Both the position numbers and the translations under genes were made by a program. The notes under the pieces were generated by a model. That model was not told where the DNA came from. It did no database searches and saw nothing but the letters and a program-made list of their open reading frames with translations. DNA of 64,000 nucleotides from Marsupella aquatica (lineage: Eukaryota; Plantae; Marchantiophyta): positions 1,922,860-1,986,859 of the forward strand of contig OZ316893.1 of assembly GCA_973895155.1 (NCBI GenBank), read 5' to 3'. This document shows, piece after piece, positions 47,072 through 60,306 of this stretch (the stretch's first letter is position 1; each line of letters begins with the position of its first letter).

Positions 47072-47409
47072 TGTTGAATTTTGTAAGACATTCACTATTG
47101 GGTATAGACTTACTCTATAACTGTAGTCAGCTAATTAATGGACGAAGGTTAGACAGCTTAGTATATGCACGAGCAATAGTTAGCTTGTGAGTGTAACTTA
47201 GACTCATTGTTATGGAGCTGTTTGAAAAATAGTGAGAGTTTTTATTGTAAAGACTTGGTATGGCCAATGGACCTAGAGTGTAGTAAAGTTTTCTTGTGTG
47301 TTACAATGGACATATACTATGAAGAGGTGAACTCTTAGCTCTTGTGTGTCAACTACTTGTTTGTTGTATGCTTCACATATGATGTCTTTGACCACACAAT
47401 TGCTCAACA
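47072..47409 (+). mobile_element. Old solo-LTR-like remnant related to the copia LTRs at 19.8-33.2 kb
   Basis: Collinear blocks AACTTAG.CTCATTGTTA.GGAGCT, CTTGGTATGGCC, GACCTAGAGTG, CTTGTGTGTT, GAGGTGAAC and terminal GCTCAACA. TG..CA span is 338 bp, similar to the family LTR. No TSD, PBS or PPT found. Confidence 0.7.
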
Positions 47410-50400
47410 AATTTTTGTAGAGAGACAAAAAAAATATTCCTATACTTTTGAAAATGTTTGTGGTTCTACATGTTAATATCTTGAGCTCACAGCTGCTGTG
47501 CCATGTGCTGCAGATGATAGTTTGTCATGCGTGAACATTGCCTCCTTTGTTTAGTCCATTGTACACCAGCATGTCTTTCACATGGCCACTAGTTATATAG
47601 TTTAGGTGCCTGGTCACTTCTTAGGCTGGGTTAGAAGTCTCTGAAGCAAGCTCAGATGTTCTTAAATTAAGGAAATGTGCTTCTTCTTAGAGGAGCATTG
47701 GGGCTGGGCTACTTAGGGCACTACTTGTGTGATTCCTTTAGTTCTTATTGAATCTCTTTTGAGGCAGACTGAGCACTTCAGCTCCTCAGTTTGCTATTCT
47801 ATGCATGGAATTAGAGAGTGGTTTAGAAGCTCCTGACTGATCTTGGTATTTGATAGGTTTACATTGCACTTACATTATTTGGTTACACCAACACTGCATA
47901 TATACCATTTCATTGCATACATTTACTTTTGTTGTACCATGCAGCACCTCTATTTTGGCTAGTTTGGTTTTCAGTGATGTTAATTTGTGCCAATATTGAC
48001 CACTGGTCAATTGCATGTTTTTATATAGTGTGTATCCGATATGATATATATTTCGTTCTATGTGTCCTTCAGAGGGTCACAAGTCTGTTTCCCGGGCTGT
48101 TTACGTTGCAAGAGGGGCTTCAATTTATGCACGGATGTAAGGTGAGTAGGGATTGTCAAGTGTCCCTAATGTGAAGCCTCATGAGGTGATAGTTTTGGAG
48201 ATTTTAATTGAGTATGCCCAGATATAACCATTTGAATGTGAACCAAACAGTTGTCTCATATCAACATAATATGGACATGAGACAGCGCAGAAGTGCAAGC
48301 TGAAGTGCAAGCAGAAGTGCGCTTGGGAGCAAGCTAGAGTCCTCTGAACACGTACTCTCTGCCAGAGTGCCGCTCACACTTCCTTTGGAAATGATTCAAC
48401 ACCCGTTAATGTACTAGGGAGGATCTATTGACCGTCAGATTGGTCTGTAGGTACGACACCACCGTAGTTCCGATAATTATAACTAAGCTCAAAGTGACGA
48501 CATTTTGTCTCGTCAGTAGTCATGAATCGATCCTGGACTGTGAGAAGCTACTGTAGGTGCTACCGTTCTGCTCTGATCAACCCAGTACACAATTGCGAAG
48601 GAGTACGAGGGCAATCATAAATTCCCAGAGTCGCTAATAAGTTCCAATAATAAGACATCGAAGTACCTTTGACAACCTACGCACTGTACTCTCAGATCAT
48701 TCTACGGATCTATGGTAGGCCCAGACACAGTCCTAAAGTATGAGTACGAACTGAGCAGTACTTGATCAGCAGTGAAAAATTGAGTGCTTGCCAGGCTTGC
48801 CTATGTTCCGTACTTCCTCCGGTAATCGGTGGACACAGTCATATCGTAAACCACAAGCAGCACAGCCAGCGGCACAACTGAAGAACGTCGACTGATGAGT
48901 GTAAATTTGTGCATGACTGTAGTCGTAGCTTTGTTTAGCAATTTAGAAGTAGACCGAGTGAATGACGACAGTAGGTTTGTCTTTCGATGAGCTGTTGTCC
49001 AAGAGCAGACTGCCCAGGCAAGCTGGAAATCGTTTGATGCCACGTATGTCAGTGTATCTAGATTTGAGGAACTCTACTGTGTAGGTCGCTCTCTTTAATT
49101 AACGTTTGGCATTGCTGAACTGCTAGAGCCTGCAAAAAAATTACACATCCGCCTCCGCTGGATCAGCTTTCGAGCTTTTCGGGCCTCGTTTCTCCTCATT
49201 CTGTCGAAGTGCCCCAAACTTTTCCCGGGAGTTCATGTTGCCTGCAAAAGGTTCCGTTCCATGCAACAGAAACCTGGCCTGCTTTTGAATGACAAAAAAA
49301 AACCTTGGACGGTGAGGACTGGTGTAACAATCCGGTGGACTTCATACGTGTGCTGCAAGGATAGTCGAGACTTCATCATATATCCAGATTTTTGCACGCT
49401 TGAGTCAGAAGTCATTCACTCAGGGTTGCTAGGACTCGTGTTACCAGAAGATTGCATTAATGGTCAGAGAATCAGCCATCCGATGGACACGAAATCACCG
49501 CCAGTTAGATCGGTAGTTTAAACCACAATCGTTCTCTTGTGGGTCTTTCTTATATAGAAGAATTGCTGATTGCAGCACAGTTCGTTGAATGTTGGCCTCA
49601 GTAAGCCGCCTCAGTAAGCCTGTAGACTCGTCAATCATCCAAATAGGGCTGCCGACTACAGTACCGTACTGTTAACACTTGATTCGCTACTCTCAACTGC
49701 AAAACGTTATTTGTACTTGATTTCAGATTTTGGCTTGTTGCCATTCAAGTTTTTCCCAACTCTAAACTTTTCTCGATCGATTTTTCCCGTATTTCCCTTT
49801 GCAGCCAACACGTGTTGGCGGCCATTTTGAACAGATTAACACCCTTTCCGGGCCTTGAGCCTCAATTACAAGTTTTCTGACTGCTGCGTCTATAATTGAA
49901 TTTCCTCTCTATTTTCTCAAATAGCCAGCATATTTTCCAGCACACCATTATCGGAGGTCAAAATTTGGGAGGGGCACCAAATTCATTGTAAATTATTTGT
50001 TATGCACCGACCACATTACAACTACTATAGCCGTCACATCCCTGGCGGAATTTGAGTTGGCGCCAGGCCGTAGAGCCCAACAACCATCCACTAGAACTTC
50101 TGGAACACAAATGCTAATCTAAACCAGGACCGAACCTTCCGTGGATAGATTCCTGCAGATAAAGAAGCACCTGCACATTGGGATGCAAGCAGACTACGTT
50201 TGTCACTTAATTATTTGAGCCGAACATCTACAGTAGAGGTTCCCAGAATTTGCTGAAGGGGTGCGGGTTTTTGCCATTTGCCGCTTTCTTCAGGCAACAT
50301 TGTCTTTGATTTATGAGAAAAAGACCAGATGGACCGAGGGGTTTCCTCTGAAGTCCTTCGAACAATTATTGCACAACTGGGACTGGGGATTGTCCCTGGA

Positions 50401-50844
50401 AAGTAAGAAAGCTACTTCTACGTGTAGCTCCATTCCCGTTGGCGTAGTCTGAGGGTGGCTGACACTAGCCCACTGCTACAATTTGTCAGTCCATGCAAAA
50501 CTCTAGGGAGAGCTGACTGTCTTTTTCTCTTGTGGTTTCGCTATGCAGGATGTCAGTCTGCATCAGGGTACAATTGAGAATGTACAGTGGGACCTGAATA
50601 TGTGTTTTTCATGCATGTACAAGGCTCTTAATTATTGGTCTAGACTTTTAACTCTAGAAGACAAAATACCAGTGCTGATAAAAAATCAGATTCTTTCTTC
50701 CTTCCCAATATAGATCATTATGCTACGTCAGCTATACAAATAGATGTCATGTACTTAGATCAATAGAATTAATTATTATTTCACAGACAACATCATTTTT
50801 TCTATTTATAAGATATTTTTTTAACAAGTTTTCTCATCCATACT

Positions 50845-51672
50845 TAGAGAGTAATTTACTTATTTTCAACTCATTAAAATCGATGAGAGATCCTGTTACT
50901 TTGCTACAGAACAAGACAACTATTCATGTACCTGTGGAGTTGAGATCTGATGTACTGACAAAATATTAAATAATCATGTTTCTGGATGGAACATCTTTAA
51001 GTGATCCCTCTGCTGAATAGTCTAGTTTGTCTGGATGGACACTGTAGATGTACTGACCTCTGAACAAACAAATTACTTGTTCTTATCAATCTTCAGTTAG
51101 ACTTATTTAACATTTTCTTTGTCAACAATGAAATATACTGCAGTATCTTTGAATATCTGATTTCAAAGGTCATTAGAAAATCCTTTGGGGGCCGGGGCAA
51201 CATTTTTAGGTGGTTGGGTTGCAGATGTCACTTACACCAATGAGGATTAATTTAGTTATGTATCTCAATTCATAAAAATAGATGAGAGATCCTGTTACTT
51301 TGCTGCAGAACAAAACAATTATTCATGTCATCTCCGTTTTGCTACAGAACAAAACAATCATTCATGTCGCAAATGGGAGATGAGATCAGATGTACCTGAC
51401 AAATGATTAAATGATCATGTTCCTGGATGGACATCTTTAAGTGATCCCTCTGTTGAATAGTCTAGATTGTCTGGATAGATAGATGTACTGACCTCTGAAA
51501 AAACAAATTTCTTGTTCTCATGAATCTTCTGTTAGAATTATTTATCATTTTCTTTGTCAACATTGAAAACGTACTGCAGTAGCTTTCAATATCTGCTTTC
51601 AAAGGTCATTAGAAAATCTTTAGGGGCAAGGTGTCTTGGTGGTTGCGATGCAGATTTCACTTACACCAATGA
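50845..51672. repeat. Tandem duplication, ~400-bp period, downstream of the ANT-like gene
   Basis: GATGAGAGATCCTGTTACTTTGCT at 50882 and 51281, collinear through CACTTACACCAATGA. The second copy has an extra ~40-bp internal duplication. Confidence 0.9.
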
Positions 51673-51864
51673 AAAATTAGAATAACGAAATTCGCACTAG
51701 GGGCATGAGTGAAATTGAGGGGAGCGAATGGAGCAACCGGGTGAAAGGAAAATAATACGCTCCCAAAAGTAAATAGAGGCCAAACGAAAATTGTCCCCAT
51801 TGAAGTCGAAGTGTTTTATAATAGATAGTAGTAAGTTAATTTGGATCAGACACTTCTCCATTGC

Positions 51865-52017
51865 ACCAATTCACTTCCCATAGTCAACATTAATCTGACT
51901 ATTTCCGATAGCATATTGTGTTCGATTCGAATCCATGTTCGATTGACCAAATCACTTCCCATAGTTAAACATTAATCTGACTATTTCCGATAGCATACTG
52001 TGTTCGATTCGAATCCA
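51865..52017. repeat. Tandem duplication, 81-bp period, in or near the ANT-like 3' UTR
   Basis: ACCAA.TCACTTCCCATAGT..ACATTAATCTGACTATTTCCGATAGCATA.TGTGTTCGATTCGAATCCA at 51865 and 51946. Confidence 0.9.
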
Positions 52018-52287
52018 GGTACGCTTGTAGTATAATCTAAAAGAAAATATCACATTATGTACAAATGCGAACTTTTCCATACTTGAAAAATCAGACTTTG
52101 GATTATTGTTTTACATTACAAGAGAATCAAAATTTTGCCAAGCATCGAAAAAGTACAATCCGAAAACGGGCAAATATGTTGTAGTCGCGTTCCCATCCCA
52201 TCACTAAGCTGTTCTGCTTTTAACTCGATCAGGAGAGAGAGAAAGTACAGCGCGCAGGGGCCCCTCGATTTCCCAGACACAGGTCCA

Positions 52288-52812
52288 TTATTCGTTCCAC
52301 ACGGCGAAAACTGGCATCTGTCCAACAGACAAATTCACCCGCCCAGACAACCCAGCTTGCGGACCCATCCAAGACGAGGCCCCTAAAGAGTTGCTGTCGT
52401 AGCCAGCATTTGTCACAGTCGAATTCTGAGAACCATGTGGAGGGGATTGCTTATGAGACATGTACATGATGTGCCGAGAAAAGTCTCCCTGGAGTACATT
52501 CTCGTATGCCGATCCACCTCCGCTATTCCTGGAGCTATCTTCCTCGCTGTCCCTCAAGCTCAGCTGGCTATTATTATTCTTTGGACTCTGCCGCGTATCA
52601 GCATAACCCCCGTGTCCGTTGCTTCCGATCATATTACTACTCCCGTGCCCCGACCCCGGCATCCCCATCAATCCTCCTGAATTCTCAGTCACCGAATGTG
52701 AACCCCCACCATCGCTCAGCCCCATCAAATTGCGCAGCACTGCTGAATGCATGTTAGCAGAGGGCAGAAACTTCGAGTCTGCCATCGACATCAAAGACTG
52801 CGTTCTCGCATC

Positions 52813-52846
<34 letters not shown>

Positions 52847-55800
52847 TGTTGAAACTTGGACTCAGCCATAGACAACAGAGAAGAAGTTCTCAAGTCCGGC
52901 TGCTGCTGATACTTGGACTCGGTCATCGACATAAGTGACTGCGTTCTCGCATCCTGCTGCTGCTGATACTTGGAGTCAGCAATCGATATGAGAGAGTGCG
53001 TCCTAGCATCCTGCTGCTGTTGAAATTTGGAGTCCGACATGGATATTAGAGACTGCGTCCTTGCATCATGTTGCTGCTGCTGATGTTGTTGGTGATGCTG
53101 TTGCTGCTGCTGTTGATGGTGCTGAAGTTGTGGTTGATGCTGTTGCACAGAGCTGGTGTCGTCCCAGCTCCTTTGCGTTTGCTGCTGATAAAGCATCTGC
53201 CATTCCTGCAGATGAGATTGCCTGGACACCACCAGCCCACCATCGGTAGCCTGACTTGTGTTTCCAGTTTGCAAGCTCTGAGAATCCTCGTCTGTCTGAT
53301 TACTCACTTCACTTCGCGGCTGCTGCTCCGGGAGGCACACTAGCTGCAACTCCTTCGCAGAAACCACCTGACTGTAGTTATTTCCCGGATTAGTGATTGG
53401 CAAAGGAACCTTGTTGACGTTGGCCACCACAGCTGCCGCCGAGCTCTCATTGGTTTCTCCCGTGCCGGAATTGTGGGCTGTCCCGCAGATCCGTTTTGTG
53501 TCGTACCGGCTGATATCGAAGTTCGTCACAGCGTTGATTCCACGAAACTTAATTGCCGCAATGTCATAAGCTTCCGCCGCTTCTTCTTGCGTACCTGCAG
53601 CGACACAAATCAGAACAATCCCGCACACCCCCGTTAGTTACTGTACAGTGGTACTTCCCAAAGCAGGTAGGGACCGACGACAGTCATGCACAATCCCGCA
53701 TTAATCTCCTGCTTTGGAGGGACGGGTAAATCACTCTCGCCCTCCCCTGACTTGGCGCAGAATCCCAGATATATTTTCAACCTTTGAATATTGGAAAACA
53801 TTTGGTAATTGATGTTAATTCGTTGGACCAGTTGTTCCTGGCTCACTCAATTCCAATCCATGTTGTTCCTCACCTCCGCCATTTCAGCAGCCAGAAGAAA
53901 CAAGCGTAGACGAGGGAGGCAGCCCCCACCACAATCACAGTAACACAGCCCACGGACTAACTGTAATGCAATCTTATCCCTCTGCCAACAGGGAAGCGGC
54001 GCAACCCACGAAAGCCCCGAACAGTAAGAGACCATGACGAGGAAATCGGCGCAAAACACGATTTTATTTTGGAAGGACAAAATAAAATCTACTAAACTGG
54101 GCTGGGAGCTACAGGGACATACACAATGCAAACCACCAACCAAACTCAGATGATTCCCAGAATGATCAGACCACCCAACGACGATGACGGGGAAATAGAA
54201 AAGAATGACACAACGCGGAAAGCCAAGGAAGAAGACCGCAATCAATTGATGACAGGACTGTAGCTGGGGCACCATCCATCCATCCATCCATCCATCGAAA
54301 GGTGATCAAAGCACGACACTACCCGGACAGGCCCATCACTACGGTGAGAGACCGAGAGCCCCATCCAAACTAATAAAGTCCACGAAGCAAGTTCAAGCAA
54401 CAGACTCTTTAGGCTAGCAAACAAAAGAGCTGAGCAACAAGAAAAAGATTCCGCCGCACGACAAGTCCTGCCACCCGGTGAGTCGGCCGACAGACCCCAC
54501 TACACTCCGCTGCGGGCCGTCCGCAGGTCCAAAAGCCGACCGACAGACAATTGGGAGACTGCCGTGGGGCCAGAACCATCGGCGACGATCTTACGGCACC
54601 GTACACAGGTCGAGAGAACCTTTCATTTTCTTTCCTTTCTTGTCACTTTAGCTAATAAGAAGATCAATAATAAAACCCCACCACGAAATCTACAGTCCGA
54701 TTGAAAGGAACAGAAAAAGTCGCGTTCCCGAGGACGATCGATCAGTCACACAGATCAAAGGGCTGAGAGGGTGAGAGAGACGGTACGAGCAGGCTGTAAC
54801 TTTTCTAGCGAGTAGGCCTGGAATGCGTTTTCCTAACCATCGGCTAGGTACAAGCGTCAGTGACGACGTATACAAAATATCCTGTGATATGATATGACTG
54901 ATACTATAATATACTACGTGAAGGAGGTAGCGGTCAATCAGACGGCATTGTCAGTACGAGGGATGTTTATCATCAACCAGCTGCTGATTATCGCACACGA
55001 AAGTGATGCGATGAAATAAAATCACACGTACATACTTCACGAGAACACTCGTGAGAACAGTGTACACGCATCGTCAAGTTTCATACATCGAAGACATGAG
55101 TGATCGATCAATCTATCGGGGATGTTAAAAGTGACGAACGAGAAACCGAGCTCTCGACTCAATACGGGTTGCACGGACAACGAAACAGGTCGGGATTAGT
55201 GCACAGGCAAGACGGCCCAAGACAAGGGACGAATTCATTCAACATGTCGAAAGACTTCAGACTCTACATTTATGCAGTTCAGGAATACATGCTGCTGGAA
55301 CTTGGCTACGAGCAATCAACCTCGAGTTCACTGGTAAAAGGGAAGACCTCAGACGATCAGATGTACGACTTCATTAGCCTCTAGAATTGGAGTCATAGCC
55401 TGCAAGTACCCTGTAAAAGGGTTCGAGACATTCCGGGACCCATTTCTGACAATCTCTGCAGGACCCTGGGTCTGTACGTAGAGGGGTGGCAAGCAACTTG
55501 TGAGGGAGACCTCTTCCACATAGTCCAAGATCCGTCAGGAAGGTTGATAGAAGGACACATGTCTGCAGTCCAGAAAATGAGAAAATTCGAGCCACAACTA
55601 ACCTCGACGTCAATGAATTGGACATCGGAGTCCAATGAATTGAAGTACGATACTTACCTCGACAAAAATTTCGGGAACTACGTATCGACCTAATGCATTA
55701 CGTATGCCGTAGTCCACATTCCTCACTTGCGTCGCGTCGATACATAGGGAACAGCTACTCAGCAGAAGTTCAACCCGAGCATTCAAACCACATTCACAGA

Positions 55801-58800
55801 CCACGACGATTAGGTTGGGACCGCCTTAGGGGAAGAAGGAAGGGTGTAGACGAGAAGGGACAGCACTTACTATAGGTTCCAAGATAAAGATCTTTGTTGC
55901 CTGCAACTCTGCCTATGCGTGCCTGCCATCGGCCATGCTGGTGGTGCCTGCAAAATTGACAACGGGTTGATTACAAACGGCAATCAGACCGATTGGTAAC
56001 AGATGGAAGCAATTCATAATGTCACTCACCCAGCTGAATTGATGACTCTAACTTTCACATAATTTTTTCACACCAAGACACCAACGAATCCCTTGTCTTG
56101 ATCCGAGGTCTGTCAGCATTTTGTGGTGACCACTTGACGCCGTTACCAGTGACATTATTAGAAGTTTCGAACCGATAAACTTTTCTAAAAGCAGGATGCT
56201 GTAATGAGCAAACTCGTGATCCTAACCCTGTCCGAAACACCCATCTGACAAATATTTCAACGTAGGCACGTAAAAATGCCACGTGCAACTGACAACGGCG
56301 GCAGAAAGAAATCGTCTGCTCGATTGAAGCAATCTTCGGACACGACACGGTTCATTCGACGCTGACAGGCGAACTCAATATTGCGCAAAACGCTTTGACG
56401 ACAACTGGTATCAATTTCATCGACTTAACTCTCTTCACTCACTTCAATCACTCCACTTCGAACTGCCGACAGGGGGTTGAGGAGTAGAGAGAGCATACCT
56501 TGTGACGCCGCGATACACGGAAGCTCCTCTTGAAAATCCACTGCTTTTTCTGCAACACCAGCGAAACAACTTCGCTTAGCGTTCATGGTAATGGTAACTG
56601 ATAGAGCTAGCGGAAACTATCTTATAAGTCGCGGATTGAAAAAAACGAGGACGCATCGCCTATGACTTCACACCACACCACTCTTTACAATGACATCGCA
56701 GTCAATAACATCTCAATCAATGACTTCCCGATGAGCAAATGCGCACCTCAGCTACAAGCATACAGCTAGACGAGAATGTATCCGTGCGGGAGGGTATGGA
56801 AGAGAGCGACGGAGAGAAACTGAACCCGAACAATGATGATGAAAAGAATATCCTCATTACTGATGCCCTTAGTGGCAGCGGAAAGCGAAAGGCAATCACG
56901 GAAATTAGCAGATGCCTGAATGATGTTAGGTTTCCCCGTACTGACCTTCTGAGAGAAGCAACGTACTCCTGGCGGGTCATATTCTTCATCTCTTCAACTT
57001 CCTTTTCGTACTGCTGCAGCTGCACAAGTAAGATTGAACACCGTTAGTACCGGAAATAGTTTCAATTCGCACTCCGCCAATTTAGACTTTGACGCCGCGT
57101 CCCATCATAATCAAAATTGAACGCCGATTCTCTTTGGAAGGAGAAACTGTCAATGTCCAAAAGAAACAAACTACACCTGAGAAGTATTAGATGTAGGATT
57201 TGGTAACTTACAGGGAAGTTGATAGTCGTGTTGGCGCCCCAGTATTTCAAGGCGGCAAGGTCGTAAGCCCGTGCCGCTTTTTCCTCTTTGTCATAACCCC
57301 CTGTACCGCGAAGGAATGCCAACGAGTCAGCAAGTATTTGCTCCTACAACTCTACTGTAGTATAATCGTTCTCTTAACAGTTCTCAGATTCAAGAAATGC
57401 ATTAACTTCAACCATGAGCCCAAACGTTTGACTGCTCACACGTGAACACTGAGGAATTACCTAGATACACTGTTTTAAGAGCAGAAGGTCGCCATCGTGT
57501 CATGCAAAACCGAACCACGAGCGTGCAATTAGTTTTGTCATGGGAGTACCAAATCGAAGCAAACATATCGCATGTGAGAAGTAGAGTAGCACCGAACATA
57601 TATCCGAAGCTCACCTTGACGACCTTTACGAGTCTGGCCTTCTTTGCGGCAACTGTTGTCCCATAGATGCGCTTCATACCGTCCAGTCCAACGATGCCTT
57701 CACAAACGCCCATTTCAATCTAAGCCACATCCAGAAATCTTCGAGAGAGACCGGCTCACAAGAGACCCACCGCCTATTGTCGGCTTTGACTAACTTCAGA
57801 AAATAACGAACAATCCTACTAGCCCGAAGACACGATCTAGTTCGCTGAGTGGTCTACTGAGGAGCTACGAGTTCTCCAGATAGCGAAACCGGCAAAAACA
57901 TTCGGGTAGAAGAAACAGACAACCCAATGACAACGGAATTTTCGTGGGAGCAAGAGAGGATACTCTACACCGTTGCCAATCTAGAGATGCTAGGTTTGGT
58001 TGCGTAGGACGAAAATGGTCACTGGGTGGTGACGGATATTGTACGACGACCAATAAATTACAATTGGAACAAGGGATGAAGATTCGTGAGTCTAGAGAAT
58101 GATGATCAGCTTGAATTTCGGGGAGGAAGACAAATTCATCGCTCACCTGGTAACGCCACGAAATACAGACGTCCTCTGACCGAAATTGTCGATGGATTTC
58201 CGGGGCGAAGCTTCCTTGTTACCAGCTCGTCCAGCTCCTCTCTTTCTGGTTTCGGGCGAGGTTTCAGCTTGAACCGCCTGCTGAGGACCCACCTGAAGTG
58301 TATTGCTGGACTGGGAGCCTGGGGACATGGAGAGGGACAAGGATTGGTGAAGATTAGCCAGAGTCGGGATGCTCGCTTTGCCAATACCCACCGGGTGTTT
58401 GTCTCCTCCGGCAGAGCCCAGTGCATTGACACCCCCAGACGGTGCTGCAGCTTGGCTCTGCTGAAGCCAAGTCTTCAGCGCCGAGAGATTAGGACCCTGC
58501 GGCAGCTGAAGAGTGCAATCGCTCAACATCTCACTCCCTTGGGCACCACTGACCGGGTGGCGATGTTGATCGAGAGCTACCTGCAGCAGATTTTGTGCAT
58601 GCACATTGGGGTGGCAGAGGTTGGGCTCTGCTGCTGTTGCTGCTGCAGTGTTGGTTCTTGAGTGAGAGTCGTAGGGCTGCTGTGAGGAAGAGTTGTCTGT
58701 CCGCTGCAAGCCGTACGCATGGAAAGAGGGAGGCACATGACTAGCCTGTTGCTGCTGCTGTTGCTGCTGCTGCTGAGCACCTCCTGAGTAAGGACTCAGA

Positions 58801-60306
58801 TTCACGTTGATATCCCGAGCAAAGTATAAGTTGTCGAAATTGTGGGACTGTGAATCTGAACGGGTGCTGTATTGTCCCCCCAGTGACGACGCACCTCCCA
58901 AAAAATCTTCTAGTTTCGGAACACTCTCATGGTCCGACTTGTTAATGGTGTCGTATTGATTTTGAGGGATCTGCTGTTGTTCACTAGGTGCTCTGTTGCC
59001 GGCCAAGCGAGATAACTCGGCATTTAGCAAGTGCTGGGAGCGTTGCGCATGACCAGTCTTGAGCTGCGCCCAATCTGCGTACCAGTTCAGAGTGGGATCA
59101 CAAACCGTCAACATCATCATTCTTGAGCTGTCCAACTAAGACAATGCATCCCACTCCAGCTCATCTAGGTCTTTGCTGGTGGTGCAGAATATATGGACAC
59201 AGTTTACAGACGTGGGCACATACATCGTCATCTTTCAAGGGCCTTCCATATAAGCATTTGGAAATTTGAGCTGACCCAGCTCTAAACGGGTTCATTCTCC
59301 ACAACATACCTAAGAGTTGTACAATACCACGGAGATTGCGCGGGTCTTGTATATTCTCGACACGGTGTGCGCACACTAACAGTTACATTTTCACGGCCCA
59401 AAGACCTAGTTTCAGATTATTCGTCGGTCGCTTCCCGGTTAGAAGTAAGCAACTTTTGAGGTCTTCCATCACCCGAGAAACGCATTAGCCTGTACGATAT
59501 ACAAGCTTGTATCGAGATGGGAGTGGCGACAGCCCTGGAAGGCGACTACCCAAACAAGGATGGGGGGTTCTAATGAGAAATTATCTGCTCGTCTGTCAAT
59601 TTGTGAGGACCTGCGAAAGAGATCACAAATATGCTAGAGGAGACTGTCCACGACCGACTACTGCTCACAAGCTCGTATACGGCTTGACGACCGGTAGACT
59701 CATCGTGCACATCGACCGCAAGCCCTCACACAAAGATCTGCAAATGTCAGGACGTGCTACAAGCGAAGATGGGGTGGATATATTATCTAAAGCCATTTCA
59801 CTCCCCCGCCCCCCACATGCAAATCACGAATTCTGCTGTTGAAGAAACGTCGGGATACATACGACTCAACAACCGTGACAGCACATCGGCGACATTTGGA
59901 GGTTCAGTGTGTCCTCGTCGATGTCCACCATTTGTCAACCAAAGCTAGATGAGACCGTAACAGAAAAATGTAAGGAGCTACATGAGACAAAGAACGACCG
60001 ACAGCCTTCCCGGAGCAGCTCGCTTAAGGGCTGTGAGGAACGATACGTACCTCCACTATGTGAGCGACTCAAGGCCTCCATTATACACAGAGAGCCATCT
60101 GAGCGCATGGGTAGCCCGTCATCTTCGGACTGCCCTGGATTGTAGAACTCGCTCGATGCGGACCCGTTGTAGGCCATCCCATTCTCAGCTGTAGAATGTC
60201 GAGCCACCTTCGGACCATTTGACTGCGGAGTAGTTGCATGATCGGGAGCGTCTATAGTAAGATGAGGAGAGAGGGAAAAAGCCAACCAGTTGTTGGCCGA
60301 CCTCAT
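52288..60306 (-). CDS. ANT: AINTEGUMENTA-like (euANT/AIL/PLT) double-AP2 transcription factor, 957 aa. Exons 60306-60051, 59074-58147, 57697-57615, 57469-57461, 57300-57212, 57019-56946, 56549-56499, 55947-55871, 53594-52288
   Basis: euANT motifs [48 protein letters not shown] and [11 protein letters not shown]. Two AP2 repeats ([18 protein letters not shown]...VYLGGYD; [17 protein letters not shown]) and C-terminal PVFAVWNE. Internal exons are 83/9/89/74/51/77 nt and phases join to 2874 nt. Confidence 0.96.
52768..53067 (-). repeat. In-frame coding tandem repeat: five 15-aa units separated by Gln-rich linkers
   Basis: [15 protein letters not shown] / [15 protein letters not shown] / [15 protein letters not shown] / [15 protein letters not shown] / [15 protein letters not shown]. 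Confidence 0.95.

Noticed and set aside
58086-58661. 191-aa ORF and other ORFs antisense to ANT exons (also 52435-53343)
   Set aside because: These are shadow frames of CAG-rich coding sequence with no independent motifs.
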